A stretch of 62,952 bases of DNA, counting the filler, from Hyphochytrium catenoides (Eukaryota > Protista > Hyphochytriomycota): assembly GCA_900088475.1 (NCBI GenBank). It is 6 parts of 6 records of this genome, joined end to end, with 100 filler letters (N's around TTAATTAATTAA, not from the genome) between each part and the next. Parts side by side here need not be neighbours in the genome. Positions count along the whole stretch, not along the records: positions 37,536 to 50,821 come from FLMG01003504.1; 5 more parts are not named here. One strand, given 5' to 3'. Below the pieces are notes generated by a model, which saw only the letters and a list, made by a program, of their open reading frames with translations, was not told the DNA's origin and did no database searches. Below, piece after piece: positions 38,746 through 48,622 of this stretch. The stretch's first letter is position 1. The number at the start of each line of letters is the position of its first letter. The translations under genes were made by a program, and so were the position numbers.

Positions 38746-41701
38746 TGCCATGTAGGAGAAGCAAGGGTCAGAAAGGTAGCGGCCCTAGCTGATGGGATCC
38801 CTGCAAAAGAGATTGATGGGGAGCTCGCTGACTGTGTGGAGTGCGCTGAAGCGAAGCTTACAACAAGGAGCCCCTTTCCTGTAGGTGAAGCTAAGCGAGC
38901 ATCTGAACCGCTGGGCCTCGTGCATGCTGATACGGTGCAGGTAGAAGCGAAGACACATCAGAGAGCACACTATGCTGTCATCTACACTGATGACAATAGC
39001 AGGTATAAGAAGGGATATCTGTTGAAAGCCAAAGCTGACCAGCCAGCAGCCTACGAAAAGTATCTTGCTGACTGCAAGCGGACTTCCTCTTACTCTACAC
39101 ACTGACAAGGGTGGAGAGTTTATTAACGAGAAATCTGTAACTCCAATTTGCAGGAGAGCATTGACCACATTACTACTGCGTCATACACTCCACAACGGAA
39201 CGGGATACCAGAGAGAGGCAATCGGTCTCTGATGAAATGGTAAGAGCAATTTTGTTCACAGCAGGTCTTTCAAAGTCCTTCTGGGGAGAGGCGCTGCAAG
39301 GGCGATCTACCGCTCAAACCGCCTCCCGACCAAAGCTGTCCAAGGCAAGGTGCCCTACGAGGCCTTCTACGGACGGAAACCCTCTCTTCGTCACATCAGG
39401 ACTTTTGGTTGACTTGCGGTAGCGCATGTCCCCAAGGTTACCGGAAGAAGCGGGACAAGACTGGACAGAGTGCCTCTTTCTGGGGTATGCTACGCAGAAG
39501 AAGGCTTACAAATAGCTTAGGCTGGATAATCGCAAGATCATGTTCTCCCGAGACGTTCGGTTCTTTGAGGACATCTTCCTTTCAAAGATGGTCTCCTTCA
39601 ACCAGACGAAGACGACCTGGCTGGTGCAGTTACTCAGGATGGAGTACTTGAGTTGGCAGCTGTTGACATGATGGAGGCTATAGAGGATGCTGACGGTGAG
39701 CAACTACCAGTCGAGAGAAGGTTGAGCTGGATCATCGACTACTGGCAGATAGCTCTGCGGCAGGAAGAAGGGAAGTCAGACCGGAGCACGAGAGGCGTCA
39801 ACCTGACAGGCCTTTCATGGTGTCTTCCTTCGTGGCCACAAATGACCCTACACAGTTACCCGTGGTCGAGCCTTAGGCCTACAAAGAGGCCCTAGCGTCA
39901 CCTCAGAGGGAGGAATGGCTAGAGGCCATGGCGTCCGAGATGACCTCTTTATCGGAGAACAATACGTGGGAGCTGGTTGACCTACCTACAGGCCGGAAGA
40001 CTGTAATATGCAAGTGGGTCTTCAAAGTTAAACGAGATAGCGAGGGACATATTGAGAGGTACAAGGCCAGGCTCTGTGCCAAAGGATTCTTCCAGAAATT
40101 TGGCGTTGACTACTCCGAGACGTCTTCTCCAGTGTATCCTTCCCTGCACAACGGACCTTTCTATCTTACTGCGCTGGCTGCAAAGGTATCTTTATCAAGC
40201 AACTAGTTAGTACGACGCCCTTCATGTATGACAAACTTGATGAGGATTATCCTTATGGGTAAGCCGGAGGGATTTACAAACCCTGGACAGCCCAAGCTGG
40301 TCTAAAAACTGCTGAGGTCCACCTATGTTCTAAAACAGAGTCCACATCAATGGAATATTGAAGTGCATCAGCCTTTCTTAGACATGGGTTTTACGAGGAG
40401 CATTGTGGACCCTTGTATCTACTACAAGAGAAGCGGGGACATGGTCATCCTGATCGCAATTTATGTGGATGATTTGCTCATTGCAAGTCATGACAAGACA
40501 GGCACGGACGAGATAGTCTCTCAACTTATTTCTTGTTACCAGGTGAAGGATCTTGGCCCCCCTCAACCATTTTCTGGGAATAGACTTCCAATATGAGAGG
40601 GAGAAGCGAGTCTTGGTCATGCTGCAAACAAGACACATTGAGTGCTTGCTTTCTACACTTGGCATGACTGATCAATAATTAAGCGTCTATTCCTCTTCAA
40701 CCAGGAATACAGCTCAGAAAGGTGGAGAGCGGTAGTCGAAACTTTGAGAAACAAGAAAGAATGGCAAAGACTCCCTATCAGAGTCTTCTTGGAGCTCATT
40801 TTTCTAGTCAAATGCACTCGGCCAGATTTAACCTTCACAGTTGGTCTCCATTGTCGCTTTCTTGATCAAACTGGTCAAGAGCACTGGGAAGCAGCCAAAC
40901 AGGTGCTGAAGATGACTAAAGACTTAGGTCTTGTACTTGGCTCGTTTGATTCCTCTATTACTACCGTTACCTCACCTATTACTGGTAGTGGCTCCCCTAA
41001 TCTTACGGGTTATGGTGATGCTGGTTGGTGGGCTGGAAACCTTATTAGTAGAAAATCCACTACTGGTCTAGTAGTTTACTTTGGTACGCGTCAGCTTCCC
41101 TGGCGATCACGCAAGCAGTCCTTGGTCACACTTTCTTTGACGGAGGCAGAGCTCATCCCTGACGGACTTGATCAAAGAAGTCATTTGGCTCAAGTTCTTG
41201 GTCTCAGAAATCTCAGGGACTGAATCGTCTGATGGTTCTCGTACCACTCTCTACAGGGATAGCGCTAATACTATTGGGTTGGTTCTCGAAGACTTTGTCT
41301 CTCTGCGCACCAAACATCTCGACGTGCGATACCACTTTGTGAAAGAGAGACTGGAGATGCATGGCTTGGACCTAAAACATTGGCCGACCAATGGGATGGT
41401 GGCGGTCGTTTTACCAAGCTTCTGGCGCGAGTACAGTTTGAGACTTGACTAAGCAGCATAGTCTCATCTCTCTACGATAGTAGACCATGGGCTGAGCTGA
41501 GGGGGAGTATGTCGGAATTGGAGATACAGCTCATCCTCTTCTCTACACTGCAACGGATGGCTATCATCGACAAGGAGCTCCGGTAGACAACATCAGAGGG
41601 GGACTCCAGCGATACCTCTACGGAGTGTACAGAGTGTCGTTTGATCTACGGAGTCTTGGTCTCACTCATCTGTTAGGGCTTGAAGGCTTCAGACTTTGAC
41701 A
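38746..41701 (+). mobile_element. Decayed Ty1/copia element (IN-RT-RNaseH) with PPT and probable 3' LTR (about 41510-41701)
   Basis: C..C..AK...PLGLVHAD, ENNTWELVDLP.GRK...CKWVFK.K...RYKARL.AKGF.QK.GVDY.ET, IYVDDLLI, TRPDL, RKSTTG, RTKHLDVRYHF. PPT GAGGGGGAG at 41499-41507 is followed by TGTCGG...TTTGACA. Confidence 0.92.
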
Positions 41702-42264
41702 CGTACCCAAGCATAGTAGTAGGTTAGGCAACCGAGATTCTGATACTGTTAGCAAGAGCTACCTCAACTCCTTGGCTTTGGCACAAGCGTACAAGGATTC
41801 GCTCTGGGAACAATAGACAGACTTGCGGAGGGCGTTCCTAGGTTTGCAGACGAAATGCAAGTATCAAGTCAGCAGTGATAGTGTGGTAGAGATTTTTTCA
41901 GGAGAAAAGGCTTTCTATTAACCTTTCACCTCATTTGTCAACAACAGGGCTCCTGTGTTTGGTCTTGCTTGTGTTGTCTTTATGATACATTTTCTAGGGT
42001 AGAACTTTATGTTAGGAAAGACCTATTCTTCTTTCCTCTGCATGCTAAGCATAGTGAGAGGAGACTCTCAGTCTCACTTTTCTCACATTCGGAGAACGCA
42101 TTCTCATCGCTGACAGAAGCTGCTGTCGTGCTTAGTGAAGACTCACCAGTTCTTGTTGCTTTTCTTCTTTACTTTCGTTAGAGCTCAACTCTATTCTTGT
42201 GACTTGTCCAACATCCTCTGTCACACAATATATCTCATCACAAGCTTCACGGTCGGACGTTATA

Positions 42265-42578
42265 TGTTGGAGTCTGAGGGCACAGCAGCTATGTGGACTA
42301 CGAGCTGGAAAGATTCAGCTACCCAAGTTCCAGCTCCCAGTAGAAACCGAGATCTGAAGCAAGCGAAATGTCCCTGTTTATATCATGACTAATGGTCAGT
42401 ACCCGGAATAACCGCAGTACTGACTGTTCTGGACAAGGATATAGGACTGAAAATCTTAGGGCTTATTTGGAATCGTTGGCATAGTCAGAATAGCTCCAGA
42501 TTCTGGGACCCCAGCTCGGCTTAAAATTAGAGCACTCTCATCTAATGACATTGTACAATCATTCCATACAATCTAACA
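42265..42578 (+). mobile_element. Solo LTR (314 bp) with 5-bp target-site duplication
   Basis: TGTTGG...CTAACA, flanked by TTATA on both sides (42260-42264 and 42579-42583); homologous to the minus-strand LTR at 51179-51502. Confidence 0.9.
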
Positions 42579-42729
42579 TTATAAGAAGGGCAACGATCTC
42601 TTCCCTTCTTCAACATTCACTTTCTTTGTGCACGGCAATGGCGCCTTAGTATTCTGTTTTCCGCATTCCCCCTAGAGACCCCTGCCTGCATCACTACCTG
42701 CACCACTGAGGTATCGATCCAGTCAAGTA

Positions 42730-43880
42730 TTATCAATAGCTTTAGGCTTCGCCTAGGGCTCGCCAGAAGTTAGTTGCGAGCCCGAACGGCGAGCCTCAAT
42801 TTCAACCCACCACAGGGGCTTCAGCACAAATGGACGTGATCAAAAATTTCACTATTTGGAATTTCACTAATCACTGTTTGGGCTTTTTCTTTGGGTTTGA
42901 ATCTTTGTTTGTGTACTTTGGAGATATAAAAGGGGTCAGAGGAGGAGCGAAAGGGTTCTACGAATCGTATGAACATAACCGAATCTGTAACGCGAGACGT
43001 ATCACCATAACCGAGACACATCGCGTGCGTCCACGCGAATTTGTGTTGTAACCTCATATTAGCTGACACATCACCTACAATCCTGTATCTTTAGTTGTAG
43101 GAGCTGAGGGTGGGGGTGATATGTCATGCGACTCCTGCAGCAGTCAAGAGTTGAGAAAGTATCGCCATTCACTCACTCACTCACTACGCTGCTGTAGGGA
43201 GCGTGGGTGAAGGAGTAGAGAGATCCTTTAGAGAGTGTGCCTACCTAGGAAATACTACTTTATTGACCGTTTTTAGAAAGAATTGAAGAGTACTACTACA
43301 AATCTTGATGCTACCCTATTCCTACCAACTCTTATTATTAAGGTCTATTATACTAAAACCTCTTGGACTGCGGCTCCACCTCTCCTCCGTCGTCGCATCT
43401 GCTGCAGTTGTTGCAAGAGAGGGATTCCAAGGTATCTTCGAAGCATTATCCTAAATAGACCTGAGTCCTGCACCCGCTGATGTAATGGAGGGATGGGGCG
43501 AGCATGGACAAAGGCCCCAGCGTGACTCATGCCTACAGCTAAAAGACGAGCTCTGTTTCCTAAGCGATGCCTGTGTCAGCAATCGATGCTGAAGAGCACG
43601 CCACAACACGCCTTTCGAGAGTAGTTTTTGAAGGTTCGGGACATGTATCAGGGCGGCAGCAGCATGATCACTTTGTGTCTCGTGATTGTGTCGGGCAAGG
43701 AGTTCGGGAAGATCGTCTGAAACAAAGTCCTGTCTCGATCGCTTAAGTAGAGCGGCCGTCAAAGATGCGGTCTGCAAAGAAGAGCCTAGGAAATACTACT
43801 GATGGAAATAGTTCTACATGTTGTAGTTCTAGAAGGAATGACGAGCTCCTGGTGCTACTTACAAGTACAAGTACTACTAG
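42730..43880 (+). mobile_element. Non-autonomous Helentron/HINE-like repeat, copy 1, interrupted by a retro-insertion
   Basis: Co-linear over about 500 bp with 53937-54560; 5' GCCCGAA(C/G)GGC hairpin and (CACT)n tract; homology resumes after 43800. Confidence 0.65.
43260..43784 (-). mobile_element. Short non-LTR (CRE/RLE-type) retroelement derivative with 16-bp TSD
   Basis: CCTAGGAAATACTACT is duplicated at 43244-43259 and 43785-43800. Minus strand encodes RARLLAVGMSHAGAFVHARPIP...FRIMLRRYLGIP and ends ...TCAATAA at the TSD. Confidence 0.75.
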
Positions 43881-44800
43881 CCCGGTCAATTCCAACGTTC
43901 TACCTCGCCCTTCAAAAATAGTGTATCTATAAATGAGGCCGTCAAGTATCCTTCTTAGACTGCCGCTTAGCATGAAGTGACTCCTCTGCCAATATTGGTA
44001 CTCGTACACTACTACGTTGAGAGAGTTCGCCAGGGGAGAGGACAGAGAGGACTCGTTCCTGGGGCGACAAGTTACCAAACGTGCCATCCATCGCTCTCTC
44101 TCTCTCCGTGTAACCCTCTACCCGCAGACTGCGATTGGTAAATGGACGCCCTCGAGACCTTCTCTATCCTCAACAACCTCGTTACTGTAGCTTCTTGCGA
44201 GTCCAGGGTGACGGGACCTGAAGGGAGGAGAGGCGGGTGGAGGTGCCGGTTTGACAGAATAGCAATGGTCAGAGAGGTGTGGTACGTAAGACATCAATGA
44301 GAAATGCTTTACTACAAACCCACAAGCCGTAAGAGCGAGCCATCCGCTGCCAGAGCCGTGGACCTATCCTTTCCCCGCCCTGAGAAGGGAAGCCCATTGT
44401 TAAGTGTTGGTCAGTACCGTAATGCAGGAGGAGCTACGATGTTCAAGCGACAGGACGGGGGGCGCTGGTGGCGGTCAAGGAGTAGGGGGCCAGGCCACGC
44501 GGGAGACAAGGAAGCATTGGATGGAGCACGGGTGGTGCGGTGCGGTGCAGAAGCTGAGGTGAAGGGCGACAGCCGCGCTGAAGAGCTTTTTCAGCTCCTC
44601 GGCACGACCGCCTAATCTCCCCACCTGCAGCCCCAACAAGCCGCACAGACACGCCGAGGAGGTTGATGACCCAGACATACTTGAGGAAGGTTGACCGTCA
44701 GAGGGGGCCGCGGAGTAGGGAATGGAACTTGTGAGTTTATTAGACGCCTCCAAGCGGATTACCAGGTAGTGATTGGAGGAGAGTCAAGCCCTCATGCTAA

Positions 44801-46381
44801 TCATGCTGCCTCCTCCTCATCACCGCTGACCGGCACCGTCCCCAGAGCCTTCTTCGTGACCTTGTCCGCGCTCAAGACGTTCTCTGGTCCCACGATGTCA
44901 GAGACCTTGGTGCCCACGTAGAGTCGATCGGGGAGCTCGAAGCCGTTGAACTGAGAACCGGCTGCCGCGGTGTAGGCGCCCATGTTTGGGAAGTAGAGCC
45001 ACTCGCCCACATCCAGCATGGGCAGCTTCGCATCCTTCAGGATGCAATCGAAGCCGTCACAGGTGGGGCCCCAGATGCTGCAGGGCACGAGATCATCCTG
45101 GGAGGAGAGAACGGGAGATTTCTCAGCAGGTTTAGCGGTTGTCTTGAGGGCCACGGGCTGGACAGTGGCATGATCATAGAGAAGGCAGTTGAAGGAGCCA
45201 TACAGCCCGTCATTGACATAGTACATGTACGAAGGGATCGCGGCTTCAGTGTGCACGGCCATCGCGTGCGCCTGGCCGCCAATTTGGTGCCTCTCCAGGC
45301 TACGATCGAAGGCTGGGTAACTGGAGCTTTGGCGCTGTCCGGGGACCACCTTCCTACCGATAACATTGACGACGAGCGTATGGGAGGATCCGACGTAGTA
45401 GCGGCCCGGCTCTGCGATGATGCGGACCCCGCTCTCTTCAGGGAAGAGTTGGTCTAGTGCGGGGCGCAGCACGTCGCAGATCTGGCTGAATGTGATCGTG
45501 GAGTTGTTGTCACCTGGGAATCCGCCGCCGATGTCCAGCAGAGAAAGGTTGAGACCCAAGCGCGCCGCGATGTCGAAGGCCTTCCGTGCCCTCTGCACGG
45601 CATCCACAAACGCAAGCTCGCTGTAGCAGCCGCTGCCGACGTGGTAGGAGACCCCAACAACCTGCAGATCCAGCTCCTTCGCTGTCTTCAGCAAGAACTC
45701 CACGTCTCCAAGACCCGCACCATACTTGGAACCCATCTCACACTGAGACTTGGAGTCGTCGGCCTTGATCCGCAGTAGCAGCTGCGCGTCAGGATGATTG
45801 GCCTTCACTTTCCGCAGCTCATCGGCCGAGTCGAAGGTCATCTGCAGTACATTTTGCGCCCGTGCGAAGCGCAGGTGGGATAGCTGTTTGCAAGGATTCG
45901 CATAGATGATGCGGTCTGGCGTGACGCCAAGGCTGAGTACCGCCTCCATTTCGGGGCGAGAAGCGCAGTCAAAGTTGGCGCCGAGGCCCGCGAGCAGCTT
46001 GAGGACCAGAGGATCGGGGTTGCACTTTACAGCGTAGAAAGGGTGGACACGGGGCAGCTGGCGCTTCCACTCAGCGTGCTTCTCGGCAATGTCCTCTAGG
46101 TTCACGACGTAGAAAGCATCCTCCACGCCCGAGCGCACGTGCTGATCGATCACCTCTAAAATCTCCCCGAGCTCGGCGTCTGAGGCGGAGAGAGAGGAAC
46201 TGAAGCGCCAGCCTGCGCTGCCCATCTTTAGGGGGAGGCCAGCTGCGGATGGGGCGGGACGGAAGAACTGGCCATTGCGACCAAAAGCTGAGCGGCTGCT
46301 CAGCTGCGGTTGGGCCGTGGCGGCCCTGAGCGCTCCAATGCGGGCGAAGGGAGGTCGAAGTCCAAGTCTGGCGAACACCAT
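44801..46381 (-). CDS. ODC: Ornithine decarboxylase (fold-type III PLP enzyme), 526 aa, intronless CDS, with N-terminal extension
   Basis: PFYAVKCN (PLP Lys), FDCAS, IIYANPCK, GVSYHVGSG, LDIGGGFPG, IAEPGRY, YYVNDGLYGSFNC, WGPTCDGFD (catalytic Cys), NMGAYT...FNGF. Catalytic residues are intact. Confidence 0.96.
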   Translation of the reverse strand: MVFARLGLRPPFARIGALRAATAQPQLSSRSAFGRNGQFFRPAPSAAGLPLKMGSAGWRFSSSLSASDAELGEILEVIDQHVRSGVEDAFYVVNLEDIAEKHAEWKRQLPRVHPFYAVKCNPDPLVLKLLAGLGANFDCASRPEMEAVLSLGVTPDRIIYANPCKQLSHLRFARAQNVLQMTFDSADELRKVKANHPDAQLLLRIKADDSKSQCEMGSKYGAGLGDVEFLLKTAKELDLQVVGVSYHVGSGCYSELAFVDAVQRARKAFDIAARLGLNLSLLDIGGGFPGDNNSTITFSQICDVLRPALDQLFPEESGVRIIAEPGRYYVGSSHTLVVNVIGRKVVPGQRQSSSYPAFDRSLERHQIGGQAHAMAVHTEAAIPSYMYYVNDGLYGSFNCLLYDHATVQPVALKTTAKPAEKSPVLSSQDDLVPCSIWGPTCDGFDCILKDAKLPMLDVGEWLYFPNMGAYTAAAGSQFNGFELPDRLYVGTKVSDIVGPENVLSADKVTKKALGTVPVSGDEEEAA

Positions 46382-46449
46382 GCTACACAGGGACGGGACG
46401 GAGGTAGAAACCGTGTAACGAAAGCCGAAAGTCTCGCACGTAGCGAATG

Positions 46450-46763
46450 CTAATCACTCTCCCACTCCAACTCTGCGTTGAAGTGGTACGCCCCGGTCTT
46501 ATGACCGCCGCTGGAGACAAGAGAGAGAGAGAGAGAGAGCACGACAATGATCGGGGATCAGCAGAGGGGAATAGCTTTTGCAAGAATGAGAGGACCTAGT
46601 CGAGAGAGATATAAAGAGAACAAGACTCAGTCCACTGGAGAGGCTTCTGTTCTCTCTCTCTCTCGCGGTACTCTCTCTCTCTCTGAGACGAGCAGCTTCT
46701 TCTCTCTTACCTTGGGGCCAAAGGAAGCGGCGTGGAGCTGAGTAACAAGGTTGGCGGCGGAAT
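46450..46763 (-). promoter_or_regulatory. Spliced AUU-initiated upstream ORF (uCC-like) in the ODC 5' leader: join(46763-46711, 46510-46450), 37 aa
   Basis: TAA TAA CCA GCT ACA ATT CCG CCG CCA...CCA AG|GTAAG, 200-nt intron ending (CT)n TTGTCTCCAG|, then C GGC GGT...TTC AAC GCA GAG TTG GAG TGG GAG AGT GAT TAG. Peptide IPPPTLLLSSTPLPLAPSGGHKTGAYHFNAELEWESD*; the stop lies 68 nt before the ODC AUG. Confidence 0.8.
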
Positions 46764-47510
46764 TGTAGCTGGTTATTAGCTGGTTTCGCTCGCACCCAAC
46801 CGTCGAGCGAAAGGAACCACAGGAGGAAGTCGAGCCCTCAAGCGGTCAGGAGAGATGAGGAGAGAAGGCGCAGCTCTTTAGGAAGATTGACACCACCCGC
46901 GATGACCTTCTAGGGAGAGAGAGAGAGAAAGAGGAAAGGAGTTGGTTCACGCTCTAGAAAGACTGAATGCACTCCCACTTAGCAGGGAAGGAGAAGGAAC
47001 CAGGAGAACAGAAAGAAGAAGAAGCGCTCCGGGTGTCCCGGCTGAAGGAGTAATTGGGGAAGGGGAGAGAGGAAAAGGCGGGAGACAGAGCGCGGCTGTC
47101 AGGGTTCGAGAAGAAAGAGCTGGAAGGTCAGCGGACGATGGAAATCGCCAAGTGCTGGCCGCTGGTCTGGTGGAGCGAGCGAGCGATCAACGGCAGGCGT
47201 CACGCTAGAAGCAGCGAAGACGGAGCAGAATAAGAGGACGAACAAGAGAGAGAGCGCTTCGTCTGTCTTCTTTCTCTCTCTCTCTCTTCGTCTCTTTCTT
47301 TCTAGATTTTCCTTTTCCCTGTTCTGTTCTCGTCTCTCTGTCTCGCGGTCGGTGGGGGCTCCACAAGCACGAGCCCCAGCGCTAACAAAGACAGAGTAAA
47401 GAGAAAGACGAAAGAGAAGTGCAAAGGGTAAGATAAGAGAGACATGGAAAGGAGAGAGAGACTGTGTGAGAGAGGGACAGAGAGAGTGTGTGAGAGAGAG
47501 AAAGAGAGAG

Positions 47511-47551
<41 letters not shown>

Positions 47552-48590
47552 CCGCTGCAGCCAGAGGCGGCCGGTCTGTTTCACCTGGTCTTCTCTGCTA
47601 ATGGATCCTGGGCGTCTTATTATTTGCCTTGCGCATCACAGAATAAACAAACGGCGATCCAAGCAGAAAGCGAGTTCTGCGGTATTACTACTGCCCCCGC
47701 ACACCAGCCGCCGCACCAATAACTTCTCCCATCGCCTCCCCGTTCCCCTCTCGTAGGTAGCTCTGTCTTGGCATTAATCTGCTCCCTCCCGGTTTTATTG
47801 AGTAATACAGTACAGAATATATCACACGCATGTAATCGTCATATCTCTCCCTGGACTCTGTCTCGCACATGGAGGTCGGTATGGAAGACCAAAGCAGCGA
47901 AAAGGCATGTCGCCGCCACTGGTTGGAGGATCCCTAGTAATAATACTTACGTCCAGTTAATTAAGCAATCTAATACCCTCGCAAGTGAGAAGTGGTAATA
48001 TCCTTCTTGTCGTTTCCTTCAGCCAATAATTAGGGGTGGCGTCCGACCTCTGGGGTATGTTAGGCTCCCCCCTCCCCCGCGGGTGGGAAGTGCTAGGGGC
48101 AGCAGATAGAGGTGCAGACCGCAGAGGACTCATGATGGAGGCCTGCACATCCTTGCCTCTTTTTCTCTCTCTCTCTCTTTTTCTCTCTCTCTCTCTTTTT
48201 CTCTNNNNNNNNNNNNNNNNNNNNNNNNNNNNNNNNNNNNNNNNNNNNNNNNNNNNNNNNNNNNNNNNNNNACGATCGACACAGCTTCACACGTCTGTAA
48301 CTGCCCTGGCGATGTACAGCACACAGGCGGCAGGAAGGGAAGCAGGGAGGAGAGTAGCCCCGCATCCCCCTTGGGGAAGCCAGATGGCAGTCTGCCCCCT
48401 CTCCTTCTGTGGCCTATTACTACATATCCAAATTTGAATCCTTGGCTCTTCGCTGTGTAACAGACAGTCCAGCAACACTCTTACTACGGCGGAAGGTGCC
48501 TCAAACAGGATCCGAGATCCAACGGCTAGGCAACCCTTCTCTCTCTCTCTCTCTCTCTGTCTGTCTCTCTCTCTTTCTCTCTCTCTTTCC

Positions 48591-48622
<32 letters not shown>

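Noticed and set aside
44440-44760. Kinase-like words (ALVAVK, MELVS) downstream of ODC
   Set aside because: Scattered across frames with stops; no catalytic motifs.
46383-46583. Track ORF ending TAG one base before the ODC AUG (...RPVPV*)
   Set aside because: It starts at a TTG inside the leader intron and has no recognisable motif; the spliced AUU frame explains the leader better.
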